DNA of 64,000 nucleotides from Phycisphaerae bacterium (lineage in GTDB: Bacteria > Planctomycetota > Phycisphaerae > UBA1845), in NCBI GenBank assembly GCA_963666835.2, contig CAXXGO010000006.1, positions 672,001 through 736,000 on the forward strand, written 5' to 3'. The position numbers and the translations under genes are program-made. Below the pieces are notes generated by a model. The model ran no database searches, was not told the DNA's origin, and worked only from the letters and a program-made list of their open reading frames with translations. Positions 51,260 to 60,513 of the stretch are shown one piece after another (positions within the stretch are counted from its first letter, which is position 1; every line of letters starts with the position of its first letter).

Positions 51260-52339
51260 ATGAAGGAATGGTTGCTCAACTACCTCCGTTGCCCTAAGAC
51301 CGGCGCCCCGCTTCGCCTGGAGCAGGCGATCTGGCAGGGAGACGACATCGAGAGCGGCATGCTGGTGACGCCGGCAGGTGGCCAGGCGTACCCGATCATC
51401 CGCGGTATTCCGCGTCTGGTGGAAGGCATCCGCAGCGAAGCGGACCTGCAGCAGACTTATGTAGAGAGCTTCGGGAACCAGTGGAACGGTTTCGATTCCT
51501 GGCGCGATGTGGACGAGCGGGAGTTCTTCTCCGTAAGTGACCGCACCCCGGAAACGCTGGCCGGCAAGGTCGTGCTCGATGCCGGGTGCGGCGTCGGGCG
51601 CTTCTCGCGCGTAATGGGGCAGCACTGTCGGCGGTTAGTCGGTTTCGACCTGTCGGTCGGAGTAGACCGGGCCCGCCGGCACACGCGGCACCTGGGCAAC
51701 TGCGAGTTCGTGCAGGCCGACGCTCACGCCCCCCCGTTTGCCCCCCAACGCTTCGATTACGTGTGGAGCCATGGCGTGCTCCATCATAGCCGAGACACCA
51801 AGGTGGCATTTGAGAAGCTGGCGCCGCTCGTCACTGAGGGCGGAACCTTCCAACTGATCGTGTTTTTCAAGGCCTGGCTACCGCTGCGAATCACTGACTC
51901 GCTGGCTCGGGCTCTGGTTCGTAACTTGCCGGAACGGTTGGCCTTACGGGTATGCCGGGCGATGGGTGGCTTGCGACACCTGCCCTTCCCGTCGTGGTGG
52001 AAGCGATTCTTCTGGTTCAGTCTCTATCCCACCGCTGAGCTGCGTACCTTCTGCAACCACGACTGGTACATGCCCCGGTACCATCACGAGCACACGGTCC
52101 CCGAAGTGAAGGGCTGGTTCGAAGAGCAGGGCTTCGTCGGTCTGCGGTACATCAACGGCTGGCCTTACGCACCCCTGTCCGAGAAGTACACCGAGCCCGA
52201 CTTCGGGAGGGGAGCGCGACTGGGGCAACTCCTCGGGGTGGTCGGGCAAAGGCCCGGAGTCGTGCGACAAGCTGGAGCCGCTCGATCGCCGGGGGAAACG
52301 GCTTGCCGGACTTATGCTGCGGCAATGGACGGTTGTTGA
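51260..52339 (+). CDS. Trm112-like domain + class I SAM methyltransferase
   Basis: LRCP..YPIIRGIPRL; VLDAGCGVG; SHGVLHH; AGGAG RBS. Confidence 0.88.
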   Translation: MKEWLLNYLRCPKTGAPLRLEQAIWQGDDIESGMLVTPAGGQAYPIIRGIPRLVEGIRSEADLQQTYVESFGNQWNGFDSWRDVDEREFFSVSDRTPETLAGKVVLDAGCGVGRFSRVMGQHCRRLVGFDLSVGVDRARRHTRHLGNCEFVQADAHAPPFAPQRFDYVWSHGVLHHSRDTKVAFEKLAPLVTEGGTFQLIVFFKAWLPLRITDSLARALVRNLPERLALRVCRAMGGLRHLPFPSWWKRFFWFSLYPTAELRTFCNHDWYMPRYHHEHTVPEVKGWFEEQGFVGLRYINGWPYAPLSEKYTEPDFGRGARLGQLLGVVGQRPGVVRQAGAARSPGETACRTYAAAMDGC

Positions 52340-52376
52340 GGCCGAAGCGCAGATTACCGAAAGAACCGGTAGAACG

Positions 52377-53267
52377 ATGCGCGTCTTATTGACAGCAATG
52401 ACTGGGATGGGGAACGCAGCGCTCAGCGCCCTGCGTACCGCCGGGATCGAGGTTGTCGCCGTCATTGCCGATCCGCTTCCCGGACCCGGGTTTCCTCACT
52501 ATCCGTGCAAGGAACTGTTCGATCAGTGTCTCGCGTGGCGAATTCCGGTTTGGCCGGGAATGAGCCTTCGAAGCACCGCAAACGCCAGGCGGATCAGGAA
52601 TGTCGGCGTGGACGCATTCATCATAGCCACCAGCCACAAAATCGTATCTCAGGACCTGGTGGATGCTATGGAAGGTCGGGTTATCAATTGTCATCCGTCG
52701 CTGCTATCGCGGCACCGCGGACCGACGCCTGTGGCTTGGACCATCGAGTGCGGCGACCGCGAGACCGGTTTGACGTTCATCCAGCCCACGGCCGAAATCG
52801 ACGCCGGCCCGGTCTGGTATCAGTGCCGTACTCCGGTCGGAAGCACCGAGACGGCCGGTAGCCTACGGCAGCGGCTCGACTGGTCGATTCTGCCCAGCGT
52901 TCTGCCGGAGGTGGTGGAAGGGGTGGTTACCGGGCGTTTGCAGCCCATGCCGCAGCAAGGTGCTCCCACGTACGAACCCCGGTTCCGCGAAGCTGACATT
53001 GAATGGGGCAATGAGACTGCGGAGAGTTGCCTGAGGCGGTTCCGGGCTCGGACGCCGCACCCCGGAGTGTTCATCCGTTACTCCGGGCGGCGTTATCGCG
53101 TCGAAGCGTTATCTGTGACCGCCGATCGTAACGGAAGCTGCCCCGGAGCAATCGAGCAACTCGGACCGGGGCGATTTGCGACTCATGTTACCGACGCGCT
53201 CCTCACCGCTGAGGTCGCCGGTTGCACGGAAGGGCAGACGCTTACCTGCCCAGGACAGAGGAAATGA
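52377..53267 (+). CDS. Formyltransferase (Fmt/ArnA-like)
   Basis: INCHPSLLSRHRGPTP and IDAGPV motifs. Confidence 0.87.
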   Translation: MRVLLTAMTGMGNAALSALRTAGIEVVAVIADPLPGPGFPHYPCKELFDQCLAWRIPVWPGMSLRSTANARRIRNVGVDAFIIATSHKIVSQDLVDAMEGRVINCHPSLLSRHRGPTPVAWTIECGDRETGLTFIQPTAEIDAGPVWYQCRTPVGSTETAGSLRQRLDWSILPSVLPEVVEGVVTGRLQPMPQQGAPTYEPRFREADIEWGNETAESCLRRFRARTPHPGVFIRYSGRRYRVEALSVTADRNGSCPGAIEQLGPGRFATHVTDALLTAEVAGCTEGQTLTCPGQRK

Positions 53268-54001
53268 CTACCGAACCAGACAGCCCGACCCGAACGTGTG
53301 TGGTATTGCAGCCCGGCTACCTGCCCTGGCTGGGGTTTTTCGAGCAGTTGTACCGCGCGGATGCATTCGTCTACCTCGATGACGTACAGTTCGACAAGCA
53401 CGGCTGGCGTAACCGTAACCAGATTAAGGGGCCGAGCGGAGCACAGTGGCTCACGGTGCCCGTGCGGATCAGCGGACTAAAGCAGCCGCGGATCAACGAC
53501 GTTTTGATCGACCGAACCAAAGCGAACTGGGCGTCTAAGCATCTCAAGAGCCTCAGTATGAACTACGGGGCCACGCCGTTTTTCGATTGGCTGTACCCCG
53601 AACTTGCGGAGATGCTGACGAGAGCGTGGACCAACCTCGCGGAGCTGGATATCGCCCTCGTGGATCTGCTCTGTGCCAAGATGTCACTGAGTCGTCAGAT
53701 AGAGCGCAGTTCGGCCTTGAACATCTCCGGCCGGCGCAATGAACGACTGATCGAGATCTGCCGCCACTTCGATTGCCGGACTTACTACACCGGAGCGGCC
53801 GCGCAGGTCTATCTCGATGTCCGCGCGTTCCGAAACGCGGGGATCGAACCGGTTTTCCAAGACTATGTCCATCCGACGTACCCGCAACGGTACGGTTCGT
53901 TCGTCTCGCACCTGTCGGTTGTCGACCTGCTGTTCAATTGCGGACCACAGAGCCTGGACGTGCTTCTTTCCGGAGCGCTGACCGCCGTTGAAGTCGGCTG
54001 A
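53264..54001 (+). CDS. WbqC-family protein
   Basis: QPGYLPWLGFF, DDVQF, RNRNQI, WLTVPV, LSVVDLLFNCG. Confidence 0.92.
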   Translation: MTTEPDSPTRTCVVLQPGYLPWLGFFEQLYRADAFVYLDDVQFDKHGWRNRNQIKGPSGAQWLTVPVRISGLKQPRINDVLIDRTKANWASKHLKSLSMNYGATPFFDWLYPELAEMLTRAWTNLAELDIALVDLLCAKMSLSRQIERSSALNISGRRNERLIEICRHFDCRTYYTGAAAQVYLDVRAFRNAGIEPVFQDYVHPTYPQRYGSFVSHLSVVDLLFNCGPQSLDVLLSGALTAVEVG

Positions 54002-54012
54002 AGGGTATCTAT

Positions 54013-54618
54013 ATGTTCTCAGACGGTACGGTAACGCTGGCACCATTTGAACGGACCGATTTACCGAAGGTGCTGTCGTGGATCAACGATCCCGAGCTGT
54101 GTCGGGCCGTAGATCGCGTTTTGCCCGTGACCAGCCTTGAACACCAGTCGTGGTATGAATCGCTGGTCAAGCGGAACGATGCCGTCGCTTTCGCCATCGG
54201 CTATGACGACGAGACGATTGGGCTTTGCGGACTCAATGGCATTCATCCACGCTGCCGCCATGCGGACTTGTGGATCTACATTGGCGACGCTCATTACCGG
54301 GGGCGGGCCCTCGGACGCCGGGCCGTGTACTTGTTGTGTCGCTTCGGTTTTGAGCAACTCAATCTTCACCGAATCTGTCTGTCAGTCGTCGACGGTAACG
54401 AGATGGCCATCCGCAGCTACCTGACCTGCGGTTTTCGCGAGGAAGGGCGGGCGCGCGAGCACACTTACATCGACGGCGCCTATCGCGATATCGTGTGCAT
54501 GGGCCTGCTTTGCCATGAACTGACCGACGGCCACTCCGGCCGGCAAGGCCAAACCGTAAGCCGAGCGACCGCCGTAACCAAGCCAGCCGACGAAGTCTGC
54601 CTCCAAGGCGTCGAGTGA
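54013..54618 (+). CDS. GNAT (RimJ/RimL-like) acetyltransferase
   Basis: IYIGD..RGRALG, LNLHRI, AIRSY..GFREEG. Confidence 0.88.
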   Translation: MFSDGTVTLAPFERTDLPKVLSWINDPELCRAVDRVLPVTSLEHQSWYESLVKRNDAVAFAIGYDDETIGLCGLNGIHPRCRHADLWIYIGDAHYRGRALGRRAVYLLCRFGFEQLNLHRICLSVVDGNEMAIRSYLTCGFREEGRAREHTYIDGAYRDIVCMGLLCHELTDGHSGRQGQTVSRATAVTKPADEVCLQGVE

Positions 54619-54753
54619 CTCGCGTAACGCAGGCTTGAAGCGGTTGCGGCAGGTCTCGTACCTCGACCTGCCCTATATCGCGGGTGCCCCATCCATTCCG
54701 GCATTTGCCAAGCTGGGACAGTAACGCCGGCTCCCCGCCGGAATGGGTGGGGG

Positions 54754-56680
54754 GAAAGCGCCGGTAAGCCGGTGAGGAGTAGTGGATGAGAGAGCCATAC
54801 GGTGAAGGAATAGCGAACCACACCGACCCCGAGTCATACTGTGGTGTCCGCAAGGGCATGGCGGGAGCGTTGACAGGGGCACGTGCGGGCCGGCCATTGA
54901 GCCGTGAAAGCCTTTTACTCCGGAGTGCCGACGCCGTCCCCCAAGGCGGAAGGCAACACCGGAGGGCGTCGTTAACGCGAGACGCCTTTCGGACTCCGCG
55001 CGGTCTTAGAACCCGAGCACGCACGGAAACTCCTCACGCGGAACCCGGGAGATCCCGCGTTCGGCCTCGAACATGGCATCGAGGTCCGCAGTGTGAATCC
55101 ATAGGAGCACGACACTGATGCACGGGCGCGGGAAGTCGGACAGGCCCATAGTACCGAAGAAGACTGCGAACAACGGTGATCCCCCGGCGGGGAGGTCGTC
55201 CGCGGAGCAGTTGGAGGAAAGGGGCCTGGCCAAGGGCAACTCGATTCGACACGACAGGCACCGTACGCAGAGCCGGGATCGTCTGCAAAGCGGGTTGGAT
55301 CGGGTACGACAGGCAGCGGTAAAGGATAAGGATTTACAGTTCACCACGCTTTGGCACCATGTCTATGATGTCGCTCGCCTCCGGGAGGCGTACTTGAGCC
55401 TCAAGCATGCTTCGGCACCGGGGATGGACGGCATGACATGGGAGGCGTACGGCAGGGACCTAGAAGAACACCTCTTGGATCTGTCGGCACGTCTACAGCG
55501 CGGAGCGTACCGAGCGAGGCCGGTCAAGCGGGTCTACATTCCGAAACCCGATGGACGGCAGAGACCAATAGGGATTCCCGTGTTGGAAGACAAGATCGTC
55601 CAACGGGCGATGACCGATGTGCTCTCGGCTGTCTACGAGGCAGACTTCCTCGGGTTCTCCTACGGATTTCGACCAGGACGGGACGCCCATCAGGCGTTAA
55701 GTGCCCTGACTGTCGGCATCGAGAGGAAGAAGGTGAATTGGGTGCTGGATGCAGACATTCGTGGATTCTTCGATGCCATAGACCACGATTGGCTGATCAA
55801 GTTCGTCGAGCACCGGATCGCAGACCAGCGTGTCGTGCGTCACGTGAAGAAGTGGCTGAACGCCGGCGTGCTGGAGGACGGGTGTCGAAGGGACACGGAG
55901 ACGGGGACGCCGCAGGGGGGCAGTATCAGCCCGCTATTGGCGAACATCTATCTCCATTACGCCTTCGACTTGTGGGCCCGCCAATGGCGACGGACGCAAG
56001 CTCACGGAGATGTGATTATCGTGAGATATGCGGACGACTTCGTGGTGGGATTTCAACAGCGAGAGGATGCCGAGCGGTTTCGGGATGAGCTGACGGATCG
56101 CCTCCGGAAGTTCAAGCTGGAGCTACATGCGGACAAGACTCGTCTGATTGAGTTCGGCCGTTTTGCGTCGACCAATCGCAAGCGAGAAGGCCGCGGCAAA
56201 CCGGCGACCTTCGAGTTTCTGGGTTTTCGCCACATCTGTGGCAAGACCCGGCGTGGGAGGTTCACGGTACTACGGCAGACTGTCGCGAAACGACGGCGTG
56301 CGAAGCTCAAAGCGATTAAGCAAGAGCTTCGGCGACGTATGCATGCCCCCGTCCGAGAGGTGGGCGCGTATTTGCGGGCGGTGGTTCGCGGGTACTATCA
56401 GTATTATGCGGTACCGCGGAACTACCCGGCCTTAACGGCATTTCGGGATGAGGTTGTCCGTCTTTGGCGCTGGACGCTCCGGCGTCGCAGCGAGAAGACT
56501 CGGATTACCTGGGCCCGCATGAACCGTTTGGCCAAGCAGTGGATACCTGCTCCCAAAATCCTACATCCTTACCCCGACCGACACCTGGCCGTTATGACCC
56601 AAGGCAGGAGCCCAGTGCGGTAGTCCCGCACGCTGGGATCTGTGGAGGGGGTCCCGGGTAACCGGGATTCCTACTCCGAC
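54754..56680 (+). mobile_element. Group II intron, copy 4
   Basis: Same sequence; inserted in a complete target element spanning ~54680-56824. Confidence 0.93.
55118..56623 (+). CDS. ltrA: Group II intron reverse transcriptase/maturase
   Basis: Identical 501-aa protein. Confidence 0.97.
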   Translation: MHGRGKSDRPIVPKKTANNGDPPAGRSSAEQLEERGLAKGNSIRHDRHRTQSRDRLQSGLDRVRQAAVKDKDLQFTTLWHHVYDVARLREAYLSLKHASAPGMDGMTWEAYGRDLEEHLLDLSARLQRGAYRARPVKRVYIPKPDGRQRPIGIPVLEDKIVQRAMTDVLSAVYEADFLGFSYGFRPGRDAHQALSALTVGIERKKVNWVLDADIRGFFDAIDHDWLIKFVEHRIADQRVVRHVKKWLNAGVLEDGCRRDTETGTPQGGSISPLLANIYLHYAFDLWARQWRRTQAHGDVIIVRYADDFVVGFQQREDAERFRDELTDRLRKFKLELHADKTRLIEFGRFASTNRKREGRGKPATFEFLGFRHICGKTRRGRFTVLRQTVAKRRRAKLKAIKQELRRRMHAPVREVGAYLRAVVRGYYQYYAVPRNYPALTAFRDEVVRLWRWTLRRRSEKTRITWARMNRLAKQWIPAPKILHPYPDRHLAVMTQGRSPVR

Positions 56681-57010
56681 ACGGACGAAAATCCGAAAAG
56701 CAACCACGCTAGGCAATCGATTCCCCACCCTTCGCCTGGTGCACGGCGCGCATCCGGCGATTGCGCCGGCATACGAGAGCTCTCGGCCTAATGCGAGACA
56801 ACCCAGGGCGAAGGACGGGGCACCCCGCTCGTACCTCGACCTGCCCTACAGCCTGCGATATGCCCCGGACCGAAGAACGCGGAACTCTCGCTTTCGAGAA
56901 CCCTGACCGAATCCCGCTGGGGCGGGCGGATGGCTACCGATTCACGGTATGGTAAACTGACGCTGCCGGGGTCAAGGTCGCCTCGGAGAGCGCTGAATCG
57001 AAGGGATATC

Positions 57011-58138
57011 ATGAGCAATAACGTTGCCTTTCGGATCATCGACGCCAACTTCAACCGGGCGCGCGAGGCACTACGTGTTATGGAGGAGTATGCCCGGTTT
57101 GTGCTTGATGACGCTGCGCTGGCATCTGAAGTCAAAGGGCTTCGCCACGACCTTGGCCGGAGTATTACGGCTTTCGAAGAGCGCGGGCAACAGGCCATGC
57201 AACCGGGAGAAACAGAATCGCTCGGGGCGGGCGCGGAAATATCACCGGGGCAGTCGGACCCCGTAATACGGCACCGGGATATCGTCGGCGATGTCGGGCG
57301 GAATGTAACCACGCCCGGGGAATATGAGCGGGCGGATCTCGGCCACGTTGCCCAAGCGGCCGGGAAACGACTTAGCGAAGCGCTGCGGGCGCTGGAGGAG
57401 TATGGTAAGACCATCCGTCCGGACTTCGCGGCCGCGATCGAGAGCCTCCGTTATCGTGGATACGAACTGGAGCGGCGAATCGGCCTGGTCACAACCGCCC
57501 GGAAGCGCTTCTCCGGAATTCGGCTGTACGTTCTCATTACCGAGGCTCTGTGCCAAAGCGACTGGTTCGCCACCGCCGAAGCGGTTCTGCGGGGCGGAGC
57601 GGACTGCCTGCAACTTCGCGAGAAAGGTTTGCCCGATCGGGAGTTGCTCGAACGGGCGCGGCGTCTTGCCGAGCTCTGCCATGAACACGAAGCACTGTTG
57701 ATTATCAATGATCGCCCGGATATCGCCGCTTTGAGCGGAGCGGACGGAGTTCACGTTGGCCAGGACGACCTCTCGGTTGCGCAGGCGCGGCGAGTCGTCC
57801 CGGCGACCGCCGTTGTGGGGATCAGCACGCACACGCGTGGGCAGTTGGATGCGGCCGTCGAGGCAGCTCCCGACTACATCGCCGTCGGACCGATGTTCGC
57901 TACGGTAACGAAGCCGCAGGAGTACCTCGCCGGTCCGCCGGCTCTGACCGCCGCTAGGAAAAGAACGGCCCTCCCATTGGTAGCCATTGGAGGGGTGGGC
58001 GAACCCAACGCCGCCGAAGTTCTTGCGGCAGCGCCCTGTTGCTTGTGTGTCTGCCGATCGGTGGTTTCCCAAACCGATAGTGAAGCCGCCGCGGCGCGCT
58101 TGCGGGAGCTGATCGACGGTGCGGCGAATACTCGTTAA
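57011..58138 (+). CDS. thiE: Thiamine-phosphate synthase with N-terminal ThiD2-like domain
   Basis: RIIDANFNRAREALRVMEE; QLREK, IINDRPD, GVHVGQDD, GISTH, VAIGG. Confidence 0.92.
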   Translation: MSNNVAFRIIDANFNRAREALRVMEEYARFVLDDAALASEVKGLRHDLGRSITAFEERGQQAMQPGETESLGAGAEISPGQSDPVIRHRDIVGDVGRNVTTPGEYERADLGHVAQAAGKRLSEALRALEEYGKTIRPDFAAAIESLRYRGYELERRIGLVTTARKRFSGIRLYVLITEALCQSDWFATAEAVLRGGADCLQLREKGLPDRELLERARRLAELCHEHEALLIINDRPDIAALSGADGVHVGQDDLSVAQARRVVPATAVVGISTHTRGQLDAAVEAAPDYIAVGPMFATVTKPQEYLAGPPALTAARKRTALPLVAIGGVGEPNAAEVLAAAPCCLCVCRSVVSQTDSEAAAARLRELIDGAANTR

Positions 58139-58212
58139 CGACCATCCGTAAAGCAGCGCAGGGATAGAGCCCGGTTGTGGATGGGCCCCGAGCTTCTACA
58201 TGTGCCAAAGCG

Positions 58213-59655
58213 TTAGAACATATTCCACAGGTGTTGGTTGGTTACTTCGTGGTGGAACATGACTTCACCGCGTTTGACGAGCGCGCCGAGTTCCCGCGGG
58301 CATCGATCGGCGGCCATTAGCTTCACCTCCGCAATCCTGCTTTGGCAATCCTCCCCGAGAATGGTAGCCATCCAATTGCTGGCCTTGAAGAAGCGAATGG
58401 CCTCGTAGATATCCCCCGGCAGGACCGCTGACTCTGAGCCACTCCGCGCCGAGGAAGGGGACTCACCGATGGGTCCTTCCAGCCCGGTCCGCAGCAGGGT
58501 GTAAAGCAGCAGATACGGATTGGCGTCCGGCGCGATTGAACGTAGCTCTATCCGGGCGGTGCGTTCATTGGCCAGCGGAAACCGGGCCATCGCCGCCCGA
58601 TTGGTGGCCGACGCGGTTATCTGGTTCGGGGCTTCGAAATTCGGATCCAGGCGGCGGTAGGCGTTGACGCTCGGGTTGAGTACCAGGCACATGTCGCCGG
58701 CGTTGGCCAGGATTCGCCTGATGAAGTCCCACGCTGATTCGGACAAACGGTCCTTGCCCGCGGCGTCGAAGAAGAGGTTCTTGCCCTCACGATTCAGTGA
58801 GAGGTTGCAGTGCATCCCGTTGCCGTTGATCCCGGCCTTGGGCTTGGGTAGAAACGACGCAGTCAGCCCGAGATTAGCGGCTACCTGCCGGCAGATGAGC
58901 TTGTAGAGTTGGATCTGGTCTGCGGTGACCATCGCCTCGGCAAACGCGAAGTTCATCTCGAACTGCGACGGCGCGACCTCCGGATGGTCCTTCTCGTTGA
59001 GGAAGCCCATCGCCCGCTGAGTCTCCGCGGCCCGATCGATGAACTGCCGCAGAGGGTCCTGCGGCAACGAATGGTAATAGCCGCCGGTTGAGATGAACTC
59101 GAACTGACCGGTCTCGTAATAGCGCCGTTCCGCGTCTATGCCCTTGAACAGGAACCCTTCGATCTCCGGGGCGACGTTGAGAATCACGCCTTGGTCGTGC
59201 AGAAGCTGCTCGGTAAGTTGCCTCAGGCGGGAGCGGAAGTCTGCAGGATACGGGCTGCCGTCCTGGGCGCAGACCTCCCCGAACACGATCACCTTGCCCG
59301 GGCCGAAGATGTCGGCCGGAAGCCAGTAGAACGCCGACCAGTCCACGATCAGCTTCAGGTCGGATTCACTTATCGCAGAAAACCCGCGGATGGATGATCC
59401 GTCGAAAGTGAGGTTGTCCGCCGAGGCCAGAAGGAACTTCTTGTCGTAATCGAGCATGTGGAAGCGGCCTTCGAGGTCCGAGAAACAGACCGTAACCGCC
59501 TTGATGAGCTTCTCGTCGGTCAGGTACTTGCGACGCTCCTGCTCGACCGTCTCGCGCGGGACCCGCTCCAAACGTGCGCGGCGAGCCTCGAGGTTCATCT
59601 CCTCCAGGCGTTCGTACGGAATCTCGAGAAACCCGCGAAGGTGGTTTCGTTCCAT
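58213..59655 (-). CDS. glnA: Glutamine synthetase (type I family)
   Basis: FDGSSIRGF, HPEVAPSQFE, FLPKP..GNGMH, NAYRRL, RIELR..DANPYL; GGAG RBS. Confidence 0.9.
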   Translation of the reverse strand: MERNHLRGFLEIPYERLEEMNLEARRARLERVPRETVEQERRKYLTDEKLIKAVTVCFSDLEGRFHMLDYDKKFLLASADNLTFDGSSIRGFSAISESDLKLIVDWSAFYWLPADIFGPGKVIVFGEVCAQDGSPYPADFRSRLRQLTEQLLHDQGVILNVAPEIEGFLFKGIDAERRYYETGQFEFISTGGYYHSLPQDPLRQFIDRAAETQRAMGFLNEKDHPEVAPSQFEMNFAFAEAMVTADQIQLYKLICRQVAANLGLTASFLPKPKAGINGNGMHCNLSLNREGKNLFFDAAGKDRLSESAWDFIRRILANAGDMCLVLNPSVNAYRRLDPNFEAPNQITASATNRAAMARFPLANERTARIELRSIAPDANPYLLLYTLLRTGLEGPIGESPSSARSGSESAVLPGDIYEAIRFFKASNWMATILGEDCQSRIAEVKLMAADRCPRELGALVKRGEVMFHHEVTNQHLWNMF

Positions 59656-60513
59656 GATTACTCCATCCTGCCCGATGACTCTGTCAACCGTACCGCGGAC
59701 GATCACTCGACCATCGCCCGTCTCTACATCTCCTGTCGGCCAAACCCGGACGATCTTGGCGTAAGTTACATGTGACGCCCGATAACCACAACGGTCTCGT
59801 CAGCGGGGCGCGGTGGGTTTGGCGTCTCGATGGTACGAGCGAGTACCGCCGCAAACCCCGCGGCGAATCTCGTACCTCGGCCTTGCCGACGTTGCTGCCA
59901 CTCTCCTGGCACGAAGTTTTGTAGAGCTCGATCTGAAAGCCGGGCGCGAGTCCTGATTGTCCTACACATCATCCGACGCATCCACGGACTGCAGTCGCTC
60001 GGCTTTCGAACCGGTCCACCCAGCCCAAGGGGCTAAGCGATGGACGGAGGCAAGTCCGCCATCCGCGGACGCTGCCCCCGGACCGGCCGGCGCGACCAAT
60101 CTGACCCTGCGAAGGGTCAAACGGTCCCGGCGAATTTGCCTCGTGATGCCGCCGTGCCTTGTGATGCATTCGGTAAGAGGCCGGGTAGCCGCAACAGAAG
60201 TGCGCTCTACTACCCGCATCCGGCCTCGTTGACACGTTCGGGTGGGGGCGGTAGGTTACGAAAAAGAGCGGTGGATATTTGTGGGGCCGAGCTCGGCCCC
60301 CTTTTTTTGCCGGGATCAGACGATCGGCGGAACAGCGTAGCGTCGCCCTCGTTGTAATACAGCCCGGGATTCTACAACGGATTTCCGGCTTGGAGCTCGT
60401 GGCGCTACGTCACACCTGGTTCTCGGGTGTGCCACTGCTTTTTAGCAGTGCCGGGACATGGTGTGGATTGGATCCGGACCTTTACGAGTGACCAGTAATC
60501 CAGGACGCCCGGA

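Noticed and set aside
59907..59922. Sigma54 promoter near glnA
   Set aside because: TGGCACG is present, but the -12 TTGC is not matched and it faces away from glnA.
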